Shown here: piece after piece, positions 13,636 to 25,829 of the stretch
How the letters are laid out: the number at the start of each line of letters is the position of its first letter
Position numbering within the stretch: position 1 is the first letter of the stretch
Notes under the pieces: generated by a model
What the model was told of the DNA's origin: nothing
Databases searched by the model: none
The model's input: only the letters and a program-made list of their open reading frames with translations
NCBI RefSeq assembly: GCF_004010195.1
Contig: NC_057718.1
Location: forward strand, 92,552,540-92,616,539
DNA length: 64,000 nucleotides
From: Chiloscyllium plagiosum
Taxonomy: Eukaryota
Reading direction: 5' to 3'
Translations under genes and position numbers: made by a program

Positions 13636-14428
13636 GTTTTTGAGCAAAGTACAGTGTAACTCTGCAAGTATAAATTCATCCCATAAACATATATATATAT
13701 GTGTGTGCCTGTTGGGTCTTTGTGTCTGTGTGTCTGCACACACATAAACACTCTCTCTCGCAGTCACTCACAATCCCCCACCCCAGACACACACACACTC
13801 CCACATGCACTCCCTCACAGACGTAAGACACTCTACACTCACATACACACACATATACACTCTCTTTCACACTCACAACTTCCCAACCCAGACAGACAGA
13901 CACACAAACACACACAAAGACCCACATGCACACATATACATATATGTTTGTGGGGTGAATTTGTACTTGTGGAGTTACATTGTACTTTGTTCAAAAACTG
14001 CATGAATTCATGTAAAACTCTGTTATCTCACTTTTTAGATTAGAATCAATCTAAACATCATGGCACAGACAGAGAACACAGGGGGCTAACACCTTCAACA
14101 TATTGTCGAGCTAACACCAATTGTTACAGTTAACTTTTAAATAAAAGTTTTGTGATTTACACATGAAAGAAGTGAAACTATCATGGTATTCCAATAAATG
14201 AAAGACTCAACAAACAATCAAGGTATTTTTCAATGAATAATTTCAGTTACATCACACTGTAAACGTTTGCTATAAATTCTGTGCCTCACATTGTGTCCTC
14301 CACAATCACCTGATGAAGGTGCGGCACTCGGAAAGCAAGTTTGCTTCCAATTAAACCTGTTGGACTATAACCTGGTGTTGTGTGATTTTAACTTTGTACA
14401 CCCCAGTCCAACACCGGCATCTCCAAAT
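13636..14428 (+). mobile_element. Second Penelope family 3' end with CA-rich UTR, inverted 5' piece and degenerate hammerhead (14307-14342)
   Basis: About 13636-13740 is the reverse complement of about 13890-14000; CAC-CTGATGA...GAAAGC; flanking duplication CTTGTTCTYGAT (13624-13635, 14429-14440). Confidence 0.75.
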
Positions 14429-14879
14429 CTTGTTCTCGATTGTAGTGACCGTGAGTTTAGAAGGTGCTGCCTAAGGAGTCGATAGTTATGCATCTGAAAC
14501 GGGTTGGATCGTTGGTTAGTTCGATTCTCTTATTTGAGGAGATCATTGCCTGACAGTTGGGTGGTGTGAATATTACTTCGAGTTTATCTCTCCTATGTAA
14601 AAGCCCAAAATATTGTAACTGTTTCTGGACGATCATCCACAAAAGGTTATCTCGTGTGCCTGCTTTCCTCAGAATTTCTTCATTACTTGTATGCGATTGT
14701 GTCTCATTTTCATCTTATGTCCCAGAAACTGCATATCCGTTGCCTTTATTTTCCATTGTCTAACTTCTGTTCCAACTTTTGGATCCATATAGTAATATGA
14801 CAATTTCGTAATCGCGTTCCCTCTTATCATAAGAGATGTTCCCAGTTCTGTATTCATGAAGCTCTTAATTACTTTTGCG

Positions 14880-15720
14880 TATCATGTATTGGTGCAGCCC
14901 AGCTAGCGAAGAAAATTGCAAACGAGAAGCGAAACGATTGTTTCCACGAATCGCCTGCGCGACTAACTCCCTTTACCCGACAATTTTTCACGCCTCAAGC
15001 AACCTGACAAACCTGAAAACAAGGGAAAGACCCGCGGATGTAAAAAGCACAGAGATTGCTGGAGAAACCCAGCAGGTCTGGCAGCCTCTGCGGAGAGAGA
15101 AAGCAGAGTTCACAAGTCAATTCCGGCGACCGTTCTTCCGACCTCGAAGGGGCCCTTCCAGAGTAGGAGCGGGGAGGTGAAGCATGCGGAAGGCGGACTT
15201 CCGGTTGAAAGTGACCTCTGACTCCAAGTGACGCGGCCAGAAAGTGGTGTATGCGAGTGACCAGCGGCGGAAGTCGTGTTGGGGAGGGGCTGGGTCCTCG
15301 CCGTCCCATTGGTTGGAGGGGGCGCGAGACGAGCAGGGGGGCCGCGGCGCGTGCGCGCTGCCCGGGTTTGGCTCAGCAGCGCGAGGCGGCTCGGTCACCC
15401 TCCCCCACCGCTGACGCTGTCGGAGCCGAGACTGAGACGGAGGGAAAACGCTCGGTGGGGAAGCAACAGCTGCGGCGCTCACCCAGGCAACTAACCGACC
15501 CAGGCCACAAGGATGGGTGTCCCGGCCTTCTTCCGCTGGCTGAGCCGCAAGTATCCGTCCATCGTGGTGAACTGCGTGGAGGAGAAGGTGCGTGTTGGTC
15601 GAGGCTGCGTGCCGGGCCTAGTGTGTCCGTATGCATTTGGGAAACTAGGCCTGAAGCCAACCCGCTCTCTCCCCGCAAATCCTCCCTTCCTGACCACCGC
15701 CGTTGCCCCCTGATTCCCAC
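14880..15720 (+). promoter_or_regulatory. XRN2: CpG-island, TATA-less housekeeping promoter / 5' region of XRN2
   Basis: Sharp local rise in CpG and GC around the start codon in an otherwise CpG-poor window. ETS motifs ACTTCCGG (15197-15204) and GCGGAAGT (15267-15274), inverted CCAAT ATTGG (15308-15312), NRF1-like GCGCGTGCGC (15347-15356), and a strong Kozak context (A at -3, G at +4). Confidence 0.85.
15513..15587 (+). CDS. XRN2: XRN2 coding exon 1 (MGVPAFFRWLSRKYPSIVVNCVEEK)
   Basis: Diagnostic XRN N-terminus MGVPAFFRWL; donor AAG|GTGCGT; 75 nt, phase 0. Confidence 0.97.
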
Positions 15721-16609
15721 AGAGGGAGAGTGGAAAGCTGAAAACCTCGAGGGGAAGGTTTGCATTTGAATTGTTTCCCCCCCCCCATGAAACCGATTGA
15801 GTCAAGTGGGAAAACGAAAGTCAGTGTCTTCTTTCCCCACACACTTCCCCTCCCCCCCCTCCCCAAACTTGGTTCTGTGTCGATGACTTTTTGGAAATTC
15901 GAATCTTGCATTTTCATGTTCGCAAAAGCATCAGCGATTATAAAGCGTTTCCGATCCGAGGTTCATGATGGTGGGGATTTGTGAGTTTGCTCCGTAATTC
16001 TCCAAGCGTTGTGATCCTCTCTGTGGTAGGCTGGCCTAACTCCCTCTTGTATAGCTACTTTGGATCTTTAAAGATCTTTGAGGTAGATTCTTGCTTAGTA
16101 AGAGGAGAAGGCAGGAGGATGGAGTTGAGAAACCTATGATCGCATGGTAGAGCAGACTCGTTGGGCTGAATGGTCTAATTCTGCTCTTATAATATTTTGT
16201 TTGCGGTAGAAGCAAAACGCCTGCTGTGAATTTGAAGTGCAGTCTCTGGGCAAGGAGGAGTAGAAAAGCAGTTGACAGGTTGGGTCAATCAATGGGGAAA
16301 GTTAACAGGTTTTGAACAAAAATAGAAGCAAGGATATGGGATGAGGAAATGAACAGAATGTGATGTCTGTGACTGAGTTGAAATCAGATTTAATGATAAC
16401 AAGAATGATGAATCATCAAGGTAGAAGGACATGGTAATGGGAACACAGAATCAAAACATTTATCTAGCAGATGTGTAAGTGGGAATAGAAGAATCACCAG
16501 CTTTTACCGAAAAAATACAGATTGAGGTTATGATCTGAAATTTGGAACTTCGTTCAGTTTACAAAGCTGCGCAGGACCTAATTGGAACTTGTGATCTGTT
16601 CCACTGACT

Positions 16610-16950
16610 GTAAGATTTGGACTTGTATTCCAGAGGCTCAGGCTAATTAATGATGTGTTGAGACAGGTTCACATCATATCCAACTATTGATGGAATTCGA
16701 ATTCAGTTAAAATTTAGAAGTTAAGCTTTCATTAATTGTTGTAAAAACTGATTTCATTCAGGAAGGAATCTGCTGTTCATAGAGAGTTGGGTCTGCGTGT
16801 AATTTCAGATCCACAGCAATGAGTTGACTCTTAACTGTCCTCTGAAATGGCCCTGCTCCTCTTAAGTTCAAAGGTAAATAGAAATGATCAAATAAAATTA
16901 GCCTTGTCAGTGCTGTCTGCATTCCATGAAAAAGAATGAAGAAAAAAAAA
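16610..16950 (+). mobile_element. Old SINE-like element with A-rich tail
   Basis: Recognised repeat segment CCACAGCAATG.GTTGACTCTTAACTG.CCTCTG followed by GAATGAAG(A)n. Confidence 0.45.
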
Positions 16951-18032
16951 GTCACGGTGGTCACAAAAACAGCACGTAGGTGCATTCAGCTGTCATTCGT
17001 GTCAGCTCTTTGGAAGAGCAACCTAGTAGGTCCTAATCCCTTATTTATACGCCATAACCCTGAAACCCTTTTCCCTTTTGAAAGCTACAGTTGAATTGCC
17101 TATAAAACCCAGGATCCTGGATGTCTTTTTGACCATTTTCTCAACCTGCCCTGTCTTTTTCAGCAATCTATCCCCCTTTACCCCAGAGAGTCTCTGTTCT
17201 TGCATTCCCCTTAGGATCATACCATTTTGTTAATTGTTGGTGTCTTCCTCGGTCAAATGTGTCATTTCACACCTCTTTGTATTAAATTTCATCTGTCATG
17301 TGTACATCAGTTCCAGCAGCCAATGTTCTTCTGAAGTCTCAGTTCACAATTCCATGTTTTGTCATCTGCAAATTTTGAAATCCATTACATATCAGAGTAT
17401 AAGTATAGATCAGGATAAACAGTGGCCTGTGTTGACTCCTGTGGTATCACTCTGTACCTGTGCTGTGTTTCCGATCGATGTTCTGAATTTTTAATCCATT
17501 ATGTCTCTATCTCTTCTATTCAAAGACTTCAACTTTGCTGCAAACTTATTGTTTGGCACTGCTATCAAATGGACATGATGTGAGCTACATTACCCTCATC
17601 AGCGATTATATCATTAAAAACTTGATAAAATTAAACATGGTTCACCTTTACATGATCCATGCTGACTTGCTGTCTAATTGATTTAATCTGCATTTAGTGT
17701 CCACACTAAAGGCGATGTTGTCATGAGAATGAATACAATATGTGAGATTGAAAGCAATTCAAGTAAACTGCTTTTCTTTCTTGGAAAGGAGTGTTTGTGT
17801 TATACAGTCTTCTAGCAGAGAAACAGACCCTTCGGTCTCACCAGTCCATGCAGAACACAATCCCAAACTAAACTAGTCCCATGTGTCTGCTCTTGGCCCA
17901 TATCCCTCAAACCTTTCGTATTTATGTACTTATCCAATTGTCATTGTATTGTGCCCACATCCACTACTTCCTCAGGAAGTTCATTCCATGTGCAAACCAT
18001 CCTGCTGTGTTTAAAAAAACAAATTGCCCTCA

Positions 18033-18038
<6 letters not shown>

Positions 18039-18112
<74 letters not shown>
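18039..18112. repeat. (TC)37 microsatellite
   Basis: Perfect dinucleotide run. Confidence 0.97.
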
Positions 18113-18115
<3 letters not shown>

Positions 18116-18712
18116 ACCTTAAAAATGTGCTCCCTGGTCTTTAAATCTCCCATCCTAGGAGAAATATACTTGCCATTAATCCTATCTGTACCCCTCATGT
18201 ATGGTCACCTCTCACAACCTCCTGCATTTCAGTGAAAGAAGTCTCAGCCTATCCAGACTTTCTCTTTAACTCAAACCTTCCATCCCTGGCATCATCCTGG
18301 TAAATCTCTTCTGAACCCTGTCCAGCTTACTAATACCTTTCCTATAACTTGTCACAGTATTCCAGAAGAGGCCTCACCAATGTACGGGGCAACCTCAATG
18401 TGACTTCCCACCTATATTCAAAAGAACTGAGCAAGGAAGGCAACCATGCTAAACACCTTCTTAACCTGTCTATATGTGATGCAAACTTCAAAGAACTATT
18501 GACCTGAAATCCTAGATTCCTCTCTTCTACAACACCACCCAAAGCTCTACCATCAATTGTACAAGTTCTACCTTGTGTGTTGTACAAAAATACAATATCT
18601 TTCATTTATCCAGATTGAACTCCATCTGCCATTTTTCATCCCATTGACCCATTTGATCAAGATCCCTTTGTAATTTTAGAAAATCTTTTTCACTGTCTAC
18701 AATGCCACCAAG

Positions 18713-18830
18713 GTAAAAACAAGGACTGCAGATGCTGGAAACCCTGATGAAGGGCTTTTGCCCAAAACATCAATTTTCCTGCGCCTCGGATGCTGCCTGA
18801 CCTCCTGTGCTTTTCCAGCACCACTCTAAT
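18713..18830. mobile_element. Penelope pLTR mini-insertion (inverted terminus plus mutated hammerhead at 18744-18771)
   Basis: Duplication CTACWATGCCACCAAG (18697-18712, 18831-18846). Confidence 0.8.
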
Positions 18831-19895
18831 CTACTATGCCACCAAGTTGAGTCGTCCTCAAACTATTCAACCATTCCCTCTATATTCTCATCCAAATCTT
18901 GTATAGAATAACAAACAAAAGTGGACCTAGCTCTGATCCCTGTGGAACACCCCAAGGTGACAGGCTTCCAATCTGTAAAGCAACAACTCTGTCTATTCGT
19001 TTAAGCCAATTATGTATCTAATTAGCAAGGTTACCCTCAATCCTATGTGATCTAGCTTTACTAATTAGTCTACTATGCAGAACCCTGTCAAAGACTCTGC
19101 CAAAGTTCATGTAAACAATGTCGACTGCTCTGCCTTTGTCAATCTTTTTGATAACTTGCTCCCGAAAACTCAGTCAAGTTTGTGAGATGCTATTTTCCTC
19201 GCCGAAACCAAGCTGATTATCCCTGGTCAATTTTTGCCTCTTCAAATGTCTATACTTTCTACCTTTTTAGAATCGATTCCCAACTATTTACCTACAACCA
19301 AAATCAGACTCGGGTCTGTAGTTCCCTGGTTTCGTCTTACAACCCTTCTTAAACAAAGATACAACGTTAGTTATCCTCCAGTCATCAGGCACCTCATTAG
19401 GAGTTATTGGTGATGCAAATATTTCTGCAAGGAGCCTCGCAATTTCCTCCCTTTTACTTCTCACAAAGTTCTAGGTTACATTAGATCAGATACTGGCAAT
19501 TTATCCAATTTTATATTCTCCAAGACCCCCTGAGCTTCTCTTCTGTAATGTGAAAGTAAGTATTTATTTCCCTGAATTCTCCAACCTCTTCCTTTTTCCA
19601 CAGTAAAAACTGGTGTGGAATATTCATTTAGTATCTCTCCCATCTCCTGGATGTTCTTGGATTGTAAGAGTGCAGGAGGCTTAAAAAAAAACAGCCTTTT
19701 CATTTCCTGCACTTGGATGGTAAGCAGTATTGGAGGAGTGGTTTTGCAACATGCTAAGAAGTCTGAAGGAATGGTGAGGTTGGGATAGATATGATTGGTG
19801 ACATTATATTGGCACAATAAATATGCAGGGAGGCTTGAAAATGATGACAACAAAGGAACTTCATTGTGATTCTGGGAAGCAATAAACTTCAAGTA

Positions 19896-20083
19896 CAGTC
19901 GTCCCCTCCATACTCGCAGGGTATATGTTTTAGGACCTACTGCAGAAGCCCAAAATCGCGGATAGGAGTGAACCCATTCAATTAAATGGGAAACATACCT
20001 TCCTAGTCCCTGGGTTCCAGAATGTTCCCTATAATATGTTCTGGCCGCGGAAAACAATTCTGCAGATAACAGAGGTTGTCTTG
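19896..20083. mobile_element. Tigger/pogo-like MITE, degenerate
   Basis: TA-CAGTCGTCCCCTC left end, weak inverted right end followed by TA. Confidence 0.5.
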
Positions 20084-20649
20084 TACTGTGTTTTCTAGAA
20101 TTCAACCTTACCATTGTCATTTCAAATCTTTTTTGGTGAACCTAGCAGATCCCTGCATATTTATTATACCAATATAATGTCACCAAAAAATTCAAGTTTT
20201 CACTGAGCTCCACCAAACAAGGTGGGAAGTAGAGAACAGAGTTCCGACTTATGATGCAGAGGTGCTGGTGTTGGACTGGGTGGACAAAGTTAAAAAGTCA
20301 CAGATGACTTAGGCAGACAATTAAAACGTCAAGCTACTGAAAATTTAAGGACAGACAAGGACTGAAGAATGTCTTACTATAAAGCCCAATTTGCAATTGG
20401 TCTCCCCAGTTCAAAGGAAATGTCTTTCCTGCACTTGTGTAAGAGGAGATATGATTGTTAGGGGTGACTGAAGAACATACCAGGGTACCACAGAAGTAAC
20501 AGTAAGTTGGAACTCAAAGAGGGGACAGAAAGATGCAATTAGCACAATCTAACTTTGAAGGCTGCGGATTGAAGACCACCAGATGATACACAGTAAGTGT
20601 CAAACTTGGAAACAATGGTTGTGTTCAGGCATTGGGTCGCAGTCCAGAT

Positions 20650-21650
20650 GCAACATCCTTATAAATCTCTTCTGAATCTTCTGAAGTTTCACAAAATCCT
20701 TCCAATAGGAGGGACACCAGATTTACACACAATATTCCAAAAGTGGCCTAACCAACGTCTTGTATAACCACAACATGACCTCCCAACTCCTATATTCAAT
20801 GCTCTGCCCAATAAAAGAAAGCATACCGAATGCTGCCTTCACTATCCTAACTGCCTACGACTTCACTTTAAAGGAGTTATGAACCTGCACTCCAAAGTCT
20901 CTTTGTTCAGCGACACTCCCCAGGGTCTTACCATTAAGTGTATAAATCTTGCTATGATTTGCCTTTCCAACATACAACATCTCGCATTTATCTAAATTAA
21001 ACTCCATATGCCACTCCTTGGTTCATTGGCCTATCCGATCAAGATGCCATTGTACTCTGAGGTAACTGTCCACTACACCTCCAATTTTGGTGTCATTTGC
21101 AAACTTACTAACTATACCTCTTATGTTCCAATCCAAATCATTTATATAAATGATGACAAAAGTGGACCCAGCACCGATCTTTGTGGCACATCACTGGTCT
21201 CAAGCCTCCAGTCTAAAAGGCAACTGAGAACCACCACCACCCTCTGTTTTCTACCTTTGAGCCAGTTCTGTATTCAAATGGCTAGTTCTTCCTGTATTCC
21301 ATGAGATCTAACCTTGCTAACCAGTCAACCATGAGGACTTGATGAATGCCTTACTGAAGTTCATATAGATCACGTTCATCACTCTGCCCTCATTAATCCT
21401 CTTCATTACTACTTCAAAATCTGAATGAAGTTAGTGAGGCATAATTTCCCGTGCACAAAGCTCTCCCTATTCAGTTCTTGTCTTTCCAAATATATGTAAA
21501 TCCTGTCCCTCAGGATTCCCTCCAACAACTTGACCACCACCGATGTCAGACTATACAGATGCGTAATTCCTTACCGCTTATCTTAAATAGTGGGACCACG
21601 TTAGCCAACTTTGTCTTCTGGCAGCTCACCTGTAACTACCAATGTTATAA
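20650..21650 (-). mobile_element. CR1 LINE fragment
   Basis: Same family as 3112-4430; RT motifs on the minus strand. Confidence 0.88.
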
Positions 21651-22419
21651 ATAGGTTGAGAAATTTCTTTTCATGGCAAGCTACTGGGCAAGGCATGTAG
21701 GAAATGATCAAGACAGAATATTTTGTAGGAACGTTTTGAATATTTTTAGTTTCAATATTTGTCGTAGCATCTTCTTCATGGGAGAATCAGATAATTGTAC
21801 CTGCAACAAATGCTGGGAGTCTGTTTGGTTTAACTACCTAATTGATTTGGAACATGAAGTCTAAATGTGATCTGAGTGCAGTTTAAACTTAAGTTTGTAA
21901 ATGATTGTTCTATCATAACCAAATCGCATATGTAGAAATGTTATCAGCATTGTCTACTAAGTGAAAGTGTTACTTTTTGAATAACTGTGACCAGTGTTCC
22001 TCTTGGTTATTTAGCCACTGAAAAGACTGGCATGAATTGTGTCCGAATCACTTCCATCACACTACTATGTGTGGAGCCAAGTAACAATAATTGTAGAACC
22101 CGCGTACTCGAACCAATTGTCTGTGTGTTGCTAATGTATTTTAGATGATGTGTTTGTTGTAACTTTGGTGTTAATATAATTGAACGTAATTTTGATTTCA
22201 TAAGAATTGAAGCTCTTCAAAATTATTTTGTGCATCAAGCATTGTGTAAAGTGTTATGCCATTGTTTCTGTATTACCGTGCAGTCATGACTTGAAATCAG
22301 CTTCGTTAAGAAAATAGCCTTGAACTTATTATGTTCTTTATGAACCAATACTGGTAAGGTTAGGGAAAATGATCTTGTCAATGAAGATGAATAAGAAGGG
22401 GGTGATCAGTTTGATGGGA

Positions 22420-23835
22420 TAGTCAGCAGAAAATTGAGGAACAAATGGGTAGGGACATCGCAGATAACTTTATGAATAATAGGGTTGTAATAATTGGGAA
22501 TTTTAACTTGGACTCCAACTGCCATAGTGTTAAGGGTTTGAATGGGGAGGAATTTGTGTGTTCAAGAAAATTTTCTCTATTAATGTGTAGATGGCCCTGC
22601 TCGAGAAGGAGCAAAACTCCATCTCCTCTTCGGAAAAAGGGAAGCTAGATGACTGTCAGTGGGGGAGCACTTTGGGACCAGTTCCCATGGTTCTGTTAGC
22701 TTTTAAATAGTTATAGGAAAGGCCTGGTCCACAAGATAGAGTTCTATACGAGGGCAAGGCCAATTTTGATGGTAATAGACAGGAACTTTCAGAAGTTGAC
22801 TGGGGGAGGCTATTTGCACGTAAAGGAATGTCTGGCAATGGAATACTTCGAAAATTGAGATAATGAAGGTCAGGGGCAGCATGTTCCTGCTGGTGTGAGG
22901 GGCAAGACTGGCAGGGGTAGGGAGATGAGAATACAGGAGGTATGGTTAGTAAGTTTGCAAATGACACCAAAATTGGAGATATTGTGGGCAGTGAGGAAAG
23001 TTATCTAAGAGTAAAATGGGATCTTGATCAACTGGGCCACTGGTCTGAAGAATTGCAGTTGGAGTTTAAATAAATGGAAGGTGTTGCATTTTGGTGAGAC
23101 AAACCGGGCAGGATGTACACAGTTAATGGTAGGGCCCTGGGGAGTGGTCTCAAACAGAGAGATTTAGAGGTGCAGGTGCATTGTTCCTTAAAAGTCGCAT
23201 CACAGGTAGGGTGATGAAGAAGGCACTTGGCATGCTTACTTAAATCAGTAAGAGCTTTGAGTGTAGGAGGGGACATCATGTTATGGCTGTACAATACGCT
23301 GCATTTGGAGTACTGCGAATAATTGTCTTTGACCTGTTATAGGAATGATGATATTAAACTGGAAAGGGTGCTAAAATTCGTTACAAGGATGTCATCGGGA
23401 CTGCAGGATTTGAGTTACAAGGGCAGCTTAGATAGGCTAGGACTTTATCCCCTGAAACATTAGCTGCCAAGGGGTGAGCTTATAGAGGTTATTAAAATTG
23501 AGGGGCACAGAAAAGGTGATTAGCCAAGGTCTTTTCCCCAAGGTAGATGAGTCCAAAACTAGAGAGCATATGTTTAAGGTGAGAAGGGAAAGATTTGCAA
23601 GGGACCTGAAGGGCAACGTTTTCACATAGGGTGGTGCTTATGTGGAATGAGCTGCCAAATGAAATGTTAGAGACAAGTACAATTGCATTTAAATTACATT
23701 TGGACAGATACATGAACAGCAAAGGTTTAGAGGGATAAGAGCCCAGTGCAGGCAAATGGGACTTATTCAGTTTAAGAAACCTGGTTGGCATGGATGAGTT
23801 GGACCAAAGGATTTGTTTCCATGCTGTATGACTGA
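22420..23835 (+). mobile_element. CR1 LINE (endonuclease remnant, internal deletion, RT and 3' tail)
   Basis: RVVIIGNFN (APE-endonuclease GDFN motif), SKFANDTK, CR1 tail ending CTGTATGACT. Confidence 0.88.
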
Positions 23836-23979
23836 CCCAGTGACTCCTTGATTATGCCTCTTCCTACATTAATATATCAGTCCAGATATTTAATCTTAAC
23901 ATTAGAGAATCAGTGGGACAGTTTGCCTTTTTCTGTTATGTCAAAAAATATTGTATTTCATTAAAATATAAAGAAAAAA

Positions 23980-24185
23980 TTGGAGAAGCTGTTCCTGATA
24001 TCTTGACCAATACCTATTTCTCAGGTCAGTATATTGAAAGCAGATGATCCGATTGCTTGCTGCACAGTTGGTTTTCAGACTCTTTGTGCAGTCATTGGTT
24101 GCCTCATTTCCTATAATGCAACTATGCAGAAGCCATTTTGGGATTCCTTGAGATCATGAGAAGTGTTACAAAATGCAAGTTTTTT
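23980..24185 (+). mobile_element. Ancient DeuSINE (AmnSINE1/SacSINE1-like) fragment
   Basis: Degenerate match by eye to Deu-domain and tail motifs (..CCAATA.TTAT..CTCA, CAGATGATC, TTGG.TGCC..TTTCC, TTTGGGA...AAATGCAAGT). Confidence 0.5.
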
Positions 24186-24997
24186 GAGTCCACCACTTCT
24201 TTTACAAATGCGGAGCAATTGCACAGTTTGGGTTTAAAAGCCAAGGTTTTGTGACTTGTGAACACCAATATGGGAAAAGTATTAACCCTCCTTTGAGTCT
24301 CAACGTAGAAAATTACTTATGGTCCCGACAAAGTAGATGCTGAGATAATGTTTCCACTGGGGAGTTGAGAATTCAAGGTCACACTATTAGAATAAGGGAT
24401 GATCATATCTGGCTGAGATTGGCCATTTAGGACTAAGGCCAAAAATATTCCTTACTGAGAAGATTGTGAATTTTTTGGATTCAGTAGTGCAGGAAACTGG
24501 ATGCTCAGCTGTTGAACATATTCACGTCAGACCTCATGAGGCTTTTGGTTAGCAACAGAATTGGAGTGCCTGGAAAGTTGTAATTGAGGTACAGCAGTTC
24601 TAATTTTGAAGTTTTACTTTCTTGTTTACCCGAAGAAATAGTTTATTTCGATCCCCCCATTTAATCCTTCAAAAACAAATCTATTAGGAATCATCTTGTA
24701 TTCTAGAGAATATAAATGTAAGTCCAGCCTATACAACTTCTAGTTCATTCTTGTTAGCCACAGTCTTATTCTGGTAAATCTGTGCTATTTCCCCTCCTCC
24801 CAATCTCTGCTGCAAAGGATGGGATATTTTTCCTGATAGCCATGTGACAAGCTCAAGTGATTTGCAAGTACTTATTGGATATGGTCTGTCTTCTCTTGCA
24901 CATTGGTTGCTATTGCACCAAGGCTGTGATACTTTACCTGTGTGTTTAAAACCGTAGTTTGAGCAGTTTATTTCCTATATTTATTTTTAGGAATAAC

Positions 24998-25292
24998 TCG
25001 GTGGCTCAGTGGTTGGCACTGCTGCCTCACAGTGCCAGAGACCCGGGTTCAATTACCGGCTCAGACGACTGTCTGTGTGGAGTTTGCACATTCTCTCCGT
25101 GTCTGCGTGGGTTTCCTCCCACAGTCCAAAGATGTGCAGGTTAGGTGAATTGGCCATGCTAAATTGCCCGTAGTGTTAGGTGAAGGGGTAAATGTAGATG
25201 AATGGGTCTGGGTGGGTTGCGCTTCGGCGGGCAGGTGTGGACTTGTTGGGCCGAAGGGCCTGTTTACACACTGTAAGTAATCTAATCTAAAA
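24998..25292 (+). mobile_element. HE1/V-SINE-type SINE
   Basis: A-box TGGCTCAGTGG, B-box GGTTCAATTACC; homologous to 5994-6324; (AATCT)n tail; ends about 70 bp before exon 2. Confidence 0.88.
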
Positions 25293-25365
25293 AGGTTCAG
25301 AGGTTTAATTGCAAGAGCTTTATTTATATGTTATGACTGTATTTTTGATTTTCAACCCTATGCAG

Positions 25366-25493
25366 GCTAAAGAAGTCGATGGAGTTAAAGCCCCTGTGGA
25401 CAGCAGCAAGCCTAATCCAAATGAAGTGGAGTTTGATAATCTGTACTTGGACATGAATGGCATTATTCATCCATGCACGCATCCAGAAAACAA
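25366..25493 (+). CDS. XRN2: XRN2 exon 2 ([42 protein letters not shown])
   Basis: Catalytic [13 protein letters not shown] motif; TGCAG| acceptor, |GTAATA donor; 128 nt. Confidence 0.97.
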
Positions 25494-25577
25494 GTAATAT
25501 TTCTCTTTTTAGAATAACTCTTTGTTCTTTTGTCAATTCAGGAAAAGTTCTGATTCAATTTTGAATGAATTTTGCAG

Positions 25578-25689
25578 GCCAGCTCCCAAGAATGAGGATG
25601 AAATGATGGTGGCCATATTCGAATATATTGATCGATTGTTTAATATAGTTAGACCCAGGCGTCTACTTTATATGGCAATAGATGGAGTG
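25578..25689 (+). CDS. XRN2: XRN2 exon 3 ([37 protein letters not shown])
   Basis: YMAIDGV motif; CAG| and |GTAAGT; 112 nt; frame continuous. Confidence 0.97.
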
Positions 25690-25829
25690 GTAAGTACCTA
25701 TTTATAGACATTAAAGTTAGTCAGATGAATCTTGAGCGTTTTTAAACAGGATAATTGGATATAGTAACCTATATATAATACGTGTACCATTGAGTTAATT
25801 TGGTGCATTTGTTTTGTTGCCCAAGAATA

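Larger units (their letters stand above)
17810..19660 (-). mobile_element. CR1 LINE fragment carrying a (TC)n expansion and a Penelope mini-insertion
   Basis: Minus-strand LVRPLLEYC, TREH.FKV and WNELPEEVV motifs, GVPQG motif. Confidence 0.88.

Noticed and set aside
1..14800. Exons of the upstream neighbour gene (KIZ in human synteny)
   Set aside because: No segment could be recognised as a host-gene exon by eye; a spliced alignment would be needed to exclude it
14875..15984. Many overlapping ORFs on both strands near the promoter (possible divergent gene, or uORF from ATG 15251)
   Set aside because: Expected from high GC content; no recognisable domains. ATG 15251 lies upstream of the CCAAT and NRF1-like motifs, so it is probably upstream of the TSS.
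19476..20120. 214-aa minus-strand ORF
   Set aside because: A chimera of MITE, unique and CR1 sequence with no coherent protein motif
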